Positions 1-8,745 are shown, counted from the first letter of the stretch. The stretch is DNA of 64,000 nucleotides from Dehalococcoidia bacterium (GCA_034421095.1 DAOUKR010000015.1:17283-81282), one strand, 5' to 3'. Made by a program: numbers and translations. The notes: generated by a model not told the origin, from the letters alone.

Positions 1-927
1 GAAGCCCCGGGACGGAGCTACAACCCCCTGTTCATTTACTCGGGCGTCGGATTGGGCAAGACCCATCTCCTCCACGCCATCGGCCACATCTGTGTCTCCG
101 AGGGGTTGAGCTTCATATACGTCACATGTGAGCAGTTTACCAACGAGTTCATTACCGCCATAAGGGGTAGAACCACCGAAGACTTTCGCGCCAAATACAG
201 AAGCGTAGAGGTCCTCCTTATGGATGACATCCAGTTTATCAGTGGAAAGGAACAGACCCAGGAGGGTTTCTTTCACACCTTCAACGACCTGCATAACTCG
301 AACAGGCAGATAGTCCTGACTTCGGACCGGCCCCCAAAGGCCCTGGCCTTGCTGGAGGACAGGTTGCGCTCTCGTTTCGAGTGGGGCCTTATCGCCGACG
401 TGCAGCCCCCCGACCTTGAAACACGCATGGCCATACTCCGAACCAAGGCCGAACAGATGCACCTTGGCTTGGATGACGGTATCACCGAGTTCGTAGCCAA
501 GAAGGTACAGAAAAACGTCAGAGAGTTGGAAGGGTGCCTCAATCGAGTAGCGGCCCTCGCAAGGCTATCGGGCAGAGACATAACCCTTGAACTGGCCTCC
601 CAGGCTATTGCCGACTTTATGCCGGACCTGTCCCGGCGCTCCGCAAGCCCGGACAGAATCATGGAAGAGGTCAACAGAAAGTTCCGCGTCACCAACGATG
701 ACCTGATCGGACGAAGCCGGAAGAAGGGGATCGTGCGAGCGCGGCACGTGGCTATGTACCTTCTGCATGAAGAGCTTGGCATGAAGGACACGGAGATAGG
801 CAGACTGCTGGGCAACAGAGACCATGCCACCGTCATAAATGCCGTGGGGAAAGTTAACTACGAGATTAACGTGGACCCCCAACTGCGGCAGGACGTTCTG
901 GACATCAAAGAGGCCATCTTCAGCTAA
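1..927 (+). CDS. dnaA: Chromosomal replication initiator DnaA, C-terminal part (5' end upstream of window)
   Basis: Frame 1 is open from nt 1. Walker A 'GVGLGKTHLLHAIG', Walker B 'LLMDDIQF', 'LTSDRPP', C-terminal DNA-binding region 'ARHVAMYLLHEELGMKDTEIGRLLGNRDHATVINA'. Confidence 0.95.
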   Translation, partial: EAPGRSYNPLFIYSGVGLGKTHLLHAIGHICVSEGLSFIYVTCEQFTNEFITAIRGRTTEDFRAKYRSVEVLLMDDIQFISGKEQTQEGFFHTFNDLHNSNRQIVLTSDRPPKALALLEDRLRSRFEWGLIADVQPPDLETRMAILRTKAEQMHLGLDDGITEFVAKKVQKNVRELEGCLNRVAALARLSGRDITLELASQAIADFMPDLSRRSASPDRIMEEVNRKFRVTNDDLIGRSRKKGIVRARHVAMYLLHEELGMKDTEIGRLLGNRDHATVINAVGKVNYEINVDPQLRQDVLDIKEAIFS

Positions 928-1210
928 GGCTAACTGCAAATTCGTGGATAACATGCCCTTTTTCGTGGATAACACTTCCCGACGTGTGAAAAACCACACT
1001 GAATCTCCGAGACTCAAAAGTTAGTATACTATTACAAATTCCCCAACTTTCCCACCTAGTCCACTTGTCCACTCCACCATCCACCTTTTCCACGTCAAGA
1101 CGTGATAGAATGGTGTTGCAATGCACACCAGCGTAAGAAACATTCACGTGTAGTTATCAACATAATCAACACTGTTATTACTCCTGTTACCCTACATACA
1201 TATTGACACT
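928..1210. other. Candidate oriC: DnaA-box cluster plus AT-rich stretch between dnaA and obg
   Basis: GTGGATAAC at 944-952 and 965-973 (reverse complement contains TTATCCAC). Weaker boxes TAGTCCACT/TTGTCCACT/CATCCACC/TTTTCCACG at 1057-1094. TTATCAACA 1154-1162 and TAATCAACA 1163-1171 lie in AT-rich DNA. Confidence 0.55.
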
Positions 1211-2473
1211 ATGATAGATACTGCAAAGATAACTGTAAAAGCAGGCGGCGGCGGAAATGGCTGCATAAGCTTCCGCAGGGAGAAATTTGTCCCTAAAGGC
1301 GGCCCAAACGGTGGTGATGGCGGAAACGGTGGCAACGTGTACATAGTCGGCGATCCTTCGCTGAACACCCTTCTGCATCTGAAGTACCACAGCACCTGGA
1401 GGGCCAAGCGAGCGGCCCACGGTGGAAGCAACAAGAAGCGTGGGGCCAACGGTGAGGACGTCCGCATACCCGTACCCATTGGGACCGTGGTCTGGAGGCT
1501 GACTGGTGAAAACGGCAGGGAGGCCCTGGCCGACATATCCGATGGGGAGCCTATGATGGTAGCGCGCGGCGGCTCCGGGGGGTTCGGAAATGCCCGTTTC
1601 GCCACACCTACTCACCAGGAGCCTATACTTGCAGAGAAGGGCGAGGAGGGCGAGGGTGCGACCCTGCTTCTTGAGCTGAAGCTGCTGGCTGACGTGGGAG
1701 TCATAGGGCAACCCAACGCCGGGAAGTCCACCCTGCTGTCCGTATGCTCCGCCGCCAAGCCCAAGATAGCCCCCTACCCGTTCACCACCACCGACCCAGT
1801 GCTGGGGGTGGTGTCGTCGAGAAACAAGGACTTCGTGATGATGGAGGTCCCCGGCCTTATCGAGGGGGCACATAAGGGCATCGGGCTGGGCCACGAGTTC
1901 CTTCGCCATGCCGAGCGGGCCCGCTTGCTCATCCACCTCCTTGACGGCATGTCCGAGGACCCTCTGAGGGATTGGCGCCTCATAAACAGGGAGCTAATCT
2001 CCTTCGACATTGCAATGGGCAAGAAGCCCCAGTTTATAGTGGTAAACAAGATTGACATACCGGAGGTTGCCCAAGCATCTCCATCCCTGCGGGAAGAACT
2101 GGAGGCCCAGGGCGTTCCCGTGTACTTTGTGTCCGCCGCCACCGGAGAAGGCGTGGACGTCCTGCTGGGGAAGGTACTGGAAACGCTGGACGACCTGCCC
2201 AAGCAGGACCTGAAAGTGCGTTCCGGGAGGCCGGCTGCCGTTGTGCCCAGAAGGGAAGAGGCTTTCAGGGTGACTTACGAGAACGGGGCATATCTGGTAC
2301 ATGCGCCCAGGGTGGAGCGCCTTATTCCCCTTGCCAACATGAAGGACTGGCGGGTGATGGTGCAACTCTGGAGGGAGTTACAGCGGGTTGGCGCTGCCAA
2401 GGCCCTGGAAGACATGGGGGTGCAGCCCGGCGATACTGTGAGAGTTGGTGGCGTGGAGATGGAGTGGTTCTAG
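1211..2473 (+). CDS. obg: GTPase Obg/CgtA
   Basis: Glycine-rich Obg fold 'KAGGGGNGCISFRREKFVPKGGPNGGDGGNGGNVY', G1 'GQPNAGKST', G3 'EVPGLIEGA', G4 'NKID', C-terminal OCT-like domain. Confidence 0.95.
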   Translation: MIDTAKITVKAGGGGNGCISFRREKFVPKGGPNGGDGGNGGNVYIVGDPSLNTLLHLKYHSTWRAKRAAHGGSNKKRGANGEDVRIPVPIGTVVWRLTGENGREALADISDGEPMMVARGGSGGFGNARFATPTHQEPILAEKGEEGEGATLLLELKLLADVGVIGQPNAGKSTLLSVCSAAKPKIAPYPFTTTDPVLGVVSSRNKDFVMMEVPGLIEGAHKGIGLGHEFLRHAERARLLIHLLDGMSEDPLRDWRLINRELISFDIAMGKKPQFIVVNKIDIPEVAQASPSLREELEAQGVPVYFVSAATGEGVDVLLGKVLETLDDLPKQDLKVRSGRPAAVVPRREEAFRVTYENGAYLVHAPRVERLIPLANMKDWRVMVQLWRELQRVGAAKALEDMGVQPGDTVRVGGVEMEWF

Positions 2474-3084
2474 TGGTGAGGGTAGGCATAATCGGAGGGA
2501 CCTTCGATCCCATCCACGTCGGACATCTGCTCGTCGCCGAGGACGCACGGGTGAGCATGGAGCTGGAGGAGGTTGTATTTATACCCACGGGCCAACCCTG
2601 GATGAAGTCCGGGAGTACTCTGTCGCCAGCCCATCATCGTATGAACATGGTGCGTATGGCCATAGCGTCCAACCCCTTCTTTCGAGCGTCTTCTATGGAG
2701 ATTGACCGGCCAGGTCCTACCTACACGGTAGACACGCTTAGAGAGATGCGCCAAGAGCTGGATGGCGAAGATGACCTCTATTTTATCCTGGGAAGCGACT
2801 CGTCCGAAAAGTTCCACCGTTGGAAGGAGCCGGAGGAAATTCTGAGGCTCTGTACCGTTGTGACGGTGCCAAGGCCGGGAAGCCCGGACCATGACCTGAG
2901 CGGGATAGACCCGTCGGGGTCCGGCAAGGTGGTGCTCCTGGAAGGACCGATGGTGGACATAAGCGGCACCGAGATACGCCGTCGCGTGTCCATGGGACTA
3001 TCGGTGCGCTACCTGGTCCACGATGAGGTAGAGGATTATATACGCCGATACGGCCTGTATGGAGATGGGGAGATGAGCCAGTGA
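2464..3084 (+). CDS. nadD: Nicotinate-nucleotide adenylyltransferase
   Basis: 'GIIGGTFDPIHVGHL' (HxGH nucleotidyltransferase motif) and 'ISGTEIRRR' (ISxTxxR). GTG starts are possible at 2464, 2473 or 2476, overlapping the obg stop. Confidence 0.9.
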   Translation: MVLVVRVGIIGGTFDPIHVGHLLVAEDARVSMELEEVVFIPTGQPWMKSGSTLSPAHHRMNMVRMAIASNPFFRASSMEIDRPGPTYTVDTLREMRQELDGEDDLYFILGSDSSEKFHRWKEPEEILRLCTVVTVPRPGSPDHDLSGIDPSGSGKVVLLEGPMVDISGTEIRRRVSMGLSVRYLVHDEVEDYIRRYGLYGDGEMSQ

Positions 3085-3818
3085 CGGAGGGAGAGCGACT
3101 CCTTCGCCTCGCCCTGGAGAGGGGGGCGCTGAGATACGGCGATTTTACCCTATCCTCGGGGCAAAGTAGCAAATACTACTTCGACGGCCGCTTGCTCAGC
3201 CTGGACCCCGAGGGGGCATACCTCATCGGCAAGGCAATACTCCCCATCCTGAAGGAGGTCGGCGCTCAGGCCATCGGGGGGCCAACCCTGGGGGCGGACC
3301 CCATCGTAGCGGCGGTTGCCCTGATCAGTCATCTGAAGGCCAGCCCTATCCCTGCCTTCATCGTGCGCAAAGATGCCAAGTCCCACGGCACCGGACAGCT
3401 TGTGGAAGGCCCTCTGGTTCCGGGCAGCCGGGTAGCCATAGTGGATGACACGTGTACCACAGGTGCATCCCTGTTCCACGCCATAGAAGCAGCGGAGGCC
3501 GCCGGCTGTAGGGTGGTGAAGGTCATCGCCATCCTGGACCGTCACCAGGGTGGCAGCGAAGAACTGGGGCGCAGGGGCTATGACTTCGCCTCCCTCCTTG
3601 CCAGTACGCCCGAAGGCGAGGTGAGGGTTATGCAGCCCGAATCGGTGGATGCTCCTTCACGGTCGTCCCGGTTCTGGAATCCCCCTACTATCGAGGAACT
3701 GGCATTGGAGCAGGGCGTCCATCCGGTCAAGGACTTGGAACAGGTACTGGGCGGATGGCCCGAGGATGCCGACTTTGAATCATTCCTTGAAGCGATTAGG
3801 AACTCGAGAACGGAATGA
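3081..3818 (+). CDS. pyrE: Orotate phosphoribosyltransferase with in-frame ~60-aa VapB-like antitoxin tail
   Basis: PRPP motif 'VAIVDDTCTTGAS' and 'SSGQSSKYYFD'. The PyrE-like body ends near aa 185. The tail 'FWNPPTIEELALEQGVHPVKDLEQVLGGWPEDADFESFLEAIRN' resembles short PIN-partner antitoxins. GTGA overlap with nadD stop; ATGA overlap with the next gene. Confidence 0.85.
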   Translation: MTEGERLLRLALERGALRYGDFTLSSGQSSKYYFDGRLLSLDPEGAYLIGKAILPILKEVGAQAIGGPTLGADPIVAAVALISHLKASPIPAFIVRKDAKSHGTGQLVEGPLVPGSRVAIVDDTCTTGASLFHAIEAAEAAGCRVVKVIAILDRHQGGSEELGRRGYDFASLLASTPEGEVRVMQPESVDAPSRSSRFWNPPTIEELALEQGVHPVKDLEQVLGGWPEDADFESFLEAIRNSRTE

Positions 3819-4243
3819 CAGCGCCGGAGCAGCTAAGCGGGAGGCACATACTTATAGACACGGACGTTTTCTCTTACATTTTCAGGGGTGATTCCAGGGC
3901 TGATTTTTTCAGGCCTTATATTTTCAATAGGACACTGGCGATTTCCTTCATGTCCGTTGCGGAGTTGTACTATGGGGCATACATAGATGGCTGGGGGGCA
4001 GCCCGTATAGTTCGGCTCGAGGACAGTCTGAAGAGTTATGTTATCCTTCAATATGACTACCCTACCTGCCAACTGTGGGGCCAAGTCAAAGCACAACGAC
4101 AGGCGCATGGGCATGAAATCGGACATGCGGACGCATGGATTGCTGCAACGGCGTTGAGGCATAACTGTGCTCTGGCAACGAACAACACCAGGGATTTCGT
4201 TGACATAGAGGGGCTTGTCCTAATAGGTCCGGGCCTTCCTTGA
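3815..4243 (+). CDS. vapC: PIN-domain ribonuclease toxin (VapC family)
   Basis: Four PIN acidic positions are visible: 'ILIDTDVF', 'SVAELYYG', 'HADAWIAATA', 'TNNTRDF'. Start ATG overlaps the upstream stop (ATGA). Confidence 0.85.
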   Translation: MTAPEQLSGRHILIDTDVFSYIFRGDSRADFFRPYIFNRTLAISFMSVAELYYGAYIDGWGAARIVRLEDSLKSYVILQYDYPTCQLWGQVKAQRQAHGHEIGHADAWIAATALRHNCALATNNTRDFVDIEGLVLIGPGLP

Positions 4244-4307
4244 ATGTTCCTGACTGCCTCAGATACCGGTTGCTAGATTGTAATGATGTTCATGGCAGGA
4301 GGAAGTT

Positions 4308-4805
4308 ATGGCGGACTTGAACTCATTAAACTCAATGGCCGCGTCGGTTGCCGCTCTGCTGAAACAACACCAACAGACGGTTGCAGTGGCCGAGTCCTCT
4401 TGTGGAGGGCTGATTTCATCAGCCCTGATATCCGTCCCCGGCGCTTCGGCCTACTATCTTGGCGGAGCGGTCGTGTATACAGGCATAGCCCGGCAGGGCC
4501 TTCTGGGAGTGGCGGACCATGCCATGGGAGATATGAGGGCGAGCACCGAACCCTATGCCATGATGAAGGCTCGTACTGTGCGTGAGTCCCTGGGAACGAC
4601 CTGGGGCCTGAGCGAGACCGGCGCCAGCGGCCCTACGGGGAACCGGTACGGCGACTCCGCAGGCCATGCTTGCATCGCGGTGGCCGGACCCGTTGAGCGC
4701 GTCATCACCCTGGAGACGGGCGATGCGGACCGGGAGGCCAATATGTGGGTGTTTGCCAGGGCGGCGCTGGATATGCTGGAGCAGTGTGTGAGGGAGGCGA
4801 ACTGA
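4308..4805 (+). CDS. CinA C-terminal domain / nicotinamide-nucleotide amidase (PncC-like)
   Basis: 'TVAVAESSCGGLISSAL...GGAVVYT' is typical of the CinA_C family. SD GGAGGAAG lies upstream of the ATG. Confidence 0.85.
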   Translation: MADLNSLNSMAASVAALLKQHQQTVAVAESSCGGLISSALISVPGASAYYLGGAVVYTGIARQGLLGVADHAMGDMRASTEPYAMMKARTVRESLGTTWGLSETGASGPTGNRYGDSAGHACIAVAGPVERVITLETGDADREANMWVFARAALDMLEQCVREAN

Positions 4806-4811
4806 CCACTT

Positions 4812-4835
4812 ATTCCGATACTGGGCCGGAATGAC
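4812..4835. repeat. GTCATTCC-family palindromic intergenic repeat (ATTCCG...CGGAATGAC)
   Basis: Inverted ATTCCG / CGGAAT arms ending in GGAATGAC, located between convergent genes. Confidence 0.6.
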
Positions 4836-4852
4836 GGGTTTTCAGAGGTTTC

Positions 4853-5866
4853 CTAGAACTCGTAGAACATACGCTGAATCTCTTTACGGTCGCGGGTGAC
4901 GGTGAGGGCCATCATAAGGAGCACGCGCGCCTTCTGGGGCAACAGGTTATCGCATACTATGAAGCCCAGGTTTTCCTTCTGAGGGGTCATCACCACCCGT
5001 CCGGCGGTGGCCCGGGTAGCCATCACCACGGGGATGCCCTCTGCCACGGCTGCGGCCCCGGCCTCCTGCACCGCTGGAGGGAAAGTGCCACCGCCAAACC
5101 CGGCCAGGACCAGCCCGTAGGACCGGTTCCGGCGCACCGCGTCCACCAGCAGTCCGTCGGAGCCTGCATAGGAGTACACGATGTCTACCCTGGGAAGGGA
5201 ATCCAGTCCGGAGACATCGAATGGGGTGTCGGTGGTGTGCTTCCTGGTTGGATTGCGGTAGAAAACCACCTGGCCGTCCGAGTCGGCATATCCCAGAAAG
5301 CCCAACTCGTTGGGCCTGAAGGTCTCCACGCGATAGGTGTTGGCCTTGGTAACATCCCTGGCGCACTGAATCTCGTTGTTGAGCACCGTGAGCACTCCCC
5401 TGCCGCCGGCTTCGGGCCGGGATGCGATACGCACGGCATCCAGAAGGTTGAGGTCTGCGTCGGTGCCTATGGCCGTCGGAGGGCGCATGGCCCCGGTGAC
5501 CACCACGGGTTTTGAGGACTTGACCGTGAGGTGCAGGAAGTAAGCCGTTTCCTCGAGGGTTGCCGTTCCATGTGTGATTGCCACGCCGGTCAGGTCGGCT
5601 TCCTCCCGGAATATCCCGTTGATGCGCTGGGCCATGCGCAGCCATTCCGGGGGGCCTATCGCCGTGCTGCCCACGCTGACGATGTCCTCCGCCTGGACCT
5701 CTGCGATGTCGTTCACCTCTGGGATGCGGGCCAGGGACTCCTGGATGGTAAGATGTCCTCCCACCTCGGGATAGAGGATATAGTCCATGCGGTCAGGTCC
5801 GATGCCCGCAATACTGCCGCCTGTGGCGATGATTCTGACCCTGGGACGTTGGGTCGTCATGTTCAT
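4853..5866 (-). CDS. L-asparaginase/glutaminase family
   Basis: 'RIIATGGSIAG' (TGGTIAG-like) and 'ITHGTATLEETAYFL' (HGTDT-like). I prefer ATG at 5866 (MNMTTQ) because AAGGAG lies 5 nt upstream. The ORF-track start at 5947 is probably too long. Confidence 0.85.
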   Translation of the reverse strand: MNMTTQRPRVRIIATGGSIAGIGPDRMDYILYPEVGGHLTIQESLARIPEVNDIAEVQAEDIVSVGSTAIGPPEWLRMAQRINGIFREEADLTGVAITHGTATLEETAYFLHLTVKSSKPVVVTGAMRPPTAIGTDADLNLLDAVRIASRPEAGGRGVLTVLNNEIQCARDVTKANTYRVETFRPNELGFLGYADSDGQVVFYRNPTRKHTTDTPFDVSGLDSLPRVDIVYSYAGSDGLLVDAVRRNRSYGLVLAGFGGGTFPPAVQEAGAAAVAEGIPVVMATRATAGRVVMTPQKENLGFIVCDNLLPQKARVLLMMALTVTRDRKEIQRMFYEF

Positions 5867-5888
5867 ATCTCCTTCATTCCAGTTCTCT

Positions 5889-6092
5889 CTATTGTCGCCG
5901 TGACACGAAGTAGTGTTCGACCAGCACCGCGATTGCCAGTACGGCAAGAAGAGTACCCCCGGTAAACCAGCCGGTGACGCCCAGCCTCCACTCCCGCTCT
6001 ACGATTCCGATGACGAGGCCAACGATCCCGCAGGCAAAGGCCCCGATCATCATCACCCGGGCCAGTAACAGTCGCCATTCTGCCACACCCAT
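5889..6092 (-). CDS. Small two-helix membrane protein (hypothetical)
   Basis: 67-aa ORF with two hydrophobic stretches, same strand and directly upstream of the asparaginase, purine-rich SD-like sequence. No homology is recognisable. Confidence 0.4.
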   Translation of the reverse strand: MGVAEWRLLLARVMMIGAFACGIVGLVIGIVEREWRLGVTGWFTGGTLLAVLAIAVLVEHYFVSRRQ

Positions 6093-6201
6093 ACTCGCCC
6101 CCTGTACCTATAGCAGTACTCAAGGTATTGTCGTTTCATACTTTACTCCAGTCCTATCGTCGTGGCAAGGCGAGGGGAGGTCAGGGCTTTTTTGTTTCCC
6201 G

Positions 6202-6227
6202 GTCATTCCGAATCCGCCGAAGGCGGG
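6202..6227. repeat. GTCATTCC-family repeat unit (GTCATTCCGAATCCGCCGAAGGCGGG)
   Basis: Hairpin CCGCC-GAAG-GCGG preceded by GTCATTCC. Forms an inverted pair with the 6280-6310 unit. Confidence 0.6.
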
Positions 6228-6279
6228 TGAGCAATCTAAAATTCTCGAGCAGGGGGCGGTGCGAATGGCAGGGGCTTTA

Positions 6280-6310
6280 GATTCTTCGTCGCTGCGCTCC
6301 TCAGAATGAC
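6280..6310. repeat. GTCATTCC-family repeat unit, opposite orientation (GATTCTTCGTCGCTGCGCTCCTCAGAATGAC)
   Basis: Close relative of the 14837-14862 unit. Antisense reading gives the spurious peptide 'HSEERSDEES'. Confidence 0.6.
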
Positions 6311-6458
6311 AATGAAAAGACCTTGGAGGGAGAGGGGAACGAGGGGAAGGGGCTGAAGGGTGAGACACAGGCTTGAGCCATTGACCGGGATTATCCTTGC
6401 CCATACAATGCAGTTAGATACAACAGGCACACGTCAGAGAAATCCAAGGAGGCCTGAA

Positions 6459-7295
6459 ATGGCGAAGGACAGAATCACTATCGGGAATGTGGAGATTATC
6501 TCTTTCACCGACGGGAACCTTGAGATGGACCTTTGCGACTTCTTCCCGTCTATCCCAAACGAGAACTGGAATCCCTATGAGAGTTACCTCACCCCGGAGC
6601 ATGGAGTGCGGTTCAACCTGGGTTCGTTCCTGATACGCTCCGACGGCCGCACCATACTGGTGGATACCGGGATGGGCGTCAAGCCTGTGGATGCCCCGGA
6701 GACTCCCTGGGGGGAGCTTCTCGATAACCTCAAGGCCGGCGGCGTGACTCCCGAGGACATAGACATGGTGGTGATGACCCACCTGCACCGGGACCACGTG
6801 GGCTGGAACCTGCTATCCCGGAATGGAGAGTATGAGCCTACCTTTCCCAAAGCCCGATACTGGGTCAGCGCCGGGGACTGGGAGTTTTTCAGCAGGCCGG
6901 AAAACCTGGACCTGTTCGGTACCACCCGCACCTGCGTGCTGCCTTTGAGGGACATGGGGATAATGGAGCTTATGGACGGGGAGCACGCCCTGACCAGCGA
7001 GCTGACCACGCTGCCCACGCCCGGACATACTCCTGGCCACATGAGCTTGGTGATCGCGTCCCAGGGAGAAAGGGGGCTGATTATGGGAGACGCGGCCCAC
7101 AACCAGGCCCAGGTCCATGAGACGGACTGGTGCTCCCGCGCCGATATAGACCATGAGCAGACCAAGATTACCCGGCGCTCCCTGATGGAGCGGCTTGAGC
7201 GCGAGGGAATCGTGGTTGCGTCGGGGCATTTCCCCGCGCCCGGGTTCGGGAGGGTAGTGCGCCTGGAGGGACGGCGCTACTGGCAGGCGCTGTAG
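6459..7295 (+). CDS. MBL-fold metallo-hydrolase
   Basis: 'VMTHLHRDHVGW' (HxHxDH) and later 'PGHTPGH'. ATG at 6459 is preceded by AAGGAGG. Confidence 0.85.
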   Translation: MAKDRITIGNVEIISFTDGNLEMDLCDFFPSIPNENWNPYESYLTPEHGVRFNLGSFLIRSDGRTILVDTGMGVKPVDAPETPWGELLDNLKAGGVTPEDIDMVVMTHLHRDHVGWNLLSRNGEYEPTFPKARYWVSAGDWEFFSRPENLDLFGTTRTCVLPLRDMGIMELMDGEHALTSELTTLPTPGHTPGHMSLVIASQGERGLIMGDAAHNQAQVHETDWCSRADIDHEQTKITRRSLMERLEREGIVVASGHFPAPGFGRVVRLEGRRYWQAL

Positions 7296-7305
7296 GCCCT
7301 GTTGT

Positions 7306-7379
7306 TATTAAAGGACCCTTTAATACAGTGCGACACATCGCTTGTTATTAAAGCGGTTGTGTTATATGATTTTAATAAC
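7306..7379. promoter_or_regulatory. AT-rich tandem palindromes upstream of fic (possible operator/promoter)
   Basis: Perfect TATTAAAGG-N2-CCTTTAATA at 7306-7325. GTTATTAAA (7344-7352) and TTTAATAAC (7371-7379) form a second inverted pair. TTGTTATTAAAG is repeated at 7302 and 7342. Confidence 0.4.
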
Positions 7380-7387
7380 GTGACACT

Positions 7388-8641
7388 GTGGGCCAGTTAG
7401 TAAAGTATCCTCAAATAACGAGCCTCATTGTCGCTGATAGCCGCGGGAGCATCGGAAACGAAATGGTGTTAATGAGAGCACAAAGCTCTGAACGGACTGG
7501 CCATTATATCAGGCAGCCCAATGGTTATAGAGCATTCGCACCCAAGCCGTTGCCTTTTGACCCGCCGGTGCAAATGAGCGAGGAACTTATTAGCACGCTG
7601 TCAAAAGCGGACCAGGCCTTGGGACGGCTGGACGCCTCTGCTGACATACTTCCTAACCCGGACCTGTTTGTCTACATGTACGTGAGAAAAGAGGCCGTCC
7701 TGAGTTCCCAAATCGAGGGCACGCAGGCCTCGTTGACGGACCTCCTGGAATACGAAGCCTCGCAGGCCCGTCGAAGGTTGCAGAGTGATGTTGTCGAGGT
7801 TGCCAACTATGTTCGGGCAATGAACTATGGCATAGAGAGGCTTGGCAATCTTCCACTCTCAAACCGGTTATTGAGGGAGATACATGCCGAGCTTCTCAGG
7901 GGTGTCCGGGGAAGTAACAAGCTACCTGGAGAGTTTCGAATATCTCAAGTCTGGATAGGACCTTCAGAGAGTGACCTCTCTACCGCTGTCTTTGTGCCGC
8001 CTCCGGCACTTGAGGTTGAGCGTGCCATAGGAGACCTGGAATCGTACATATACAGGGATGCCCCTACTCCGGTCCTTATCAAGGCCGGACTGGTCCATAG
8101 TCAGTTTGAAACCATACACCCGTTCCTTGATGGAAACGGCCGCATGGGACGCCTGTTGATTACCTTCTTATTGTGTCAACAGGGAGCGCTGAAACGCCCT
8201 TTGCTGTATCTGAGCGCATATTTCAAGGAACACCGGGACGAATACTATAATCGTCTCCAGGCCGTACGAGATTCAGGAGATATAGAGGGATGGCTGCAAT
8301 TCTTTCTTACCGCCGTTTGGCGTGTTTCAGATGAAGCTGCGGAGATGGCACGTCAAATCCTGGCAATGCGTGAACAGCATCGTCTCCTGGTTCAATCACA
8401 GGTGGCGGGCTCAGTACACGGGCTTGAACTTCTGGATAGTCTTTATGAGCGTCCATACACCACGGTCAACAGGACAGCTAGCCTTCTCGGAGTGTCCTAC
8501 CCTACGGCAAATAACCTGGTAAACAGCTTCGCTAACTTGGGATTGGTTCAGGAGATTACTGGGCAGACGCGTGACCGCATCTTTATATATTCCCCTTATT
8601 TGGACTTGCTGGAAAGAGGGATTGGGGTCTCCCCATCTTGA
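7388..8641 (+). CDS. Fic family protein (AMPylase-type) with auto-inhibitory motif and C-terminal wHTH-like region
   Basis: Fic motif 'HPFLDGNGRMGRLL'. Upstream inhibitory (S/T)xxxE(G/N) as 'SSQIEG'. The real start may be ATG 7463 or 7472. Confidence 0.9.
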   Translation: MGQLVKYPQITSLIVADSRGSIGNEMVLMRAQSSERTGHYIRQPNGYRAFAPKPLPFDPPVQMSEELISTLSKADQALGRLDASADILPNPDLFVYMYVRKEAVLSSQIEGTQASLTDLLEYEASQARRRLQSDVVEVANYVRAMNYGIERLGNLPLSNRLLREIHAELLRGVRGSNKLPGEFRISQVWIGPSESDLSTAVFVPPPALEVERAIGDLESYIYRDAPTPVLIKAGLVHSQFETIHPFLDGNGRMGRLLITFLLCQQGALKRPLLYLSAYFKEHRDEYYNRLQAVRDSGDIEGWLQFFLTAVWRVSDEAAEMARQILAMREQHRLLVQSQVAGSVHGLELLDSLYERPYTTVNRTASLLGVSYPTANNLVNSFANLGLVQEITGQTRDRIFIYSPYLDLLERGIGVSPS

Positions 8642-8745
8642 TGCCCCATGAAACGCCTAACCCCGTTGCCCGAATGGGTTGGGTCTGAGTAGAATAGCAC
8701 AACGGTTGACAACGACCTCTATCTAGTGTGTGGGAGGCCACAGCT

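Noticed and set aside
6120-6404. 94-aa ORF (and 14633-14887, 84 aa) containing 'HSEERSDEES' / 'HSERSEES'
   Set aside because: These peptides are translations of the palindromic intergenic repeats, not genes. There is no start context, and the sequence recurs only as DNA repeat units.
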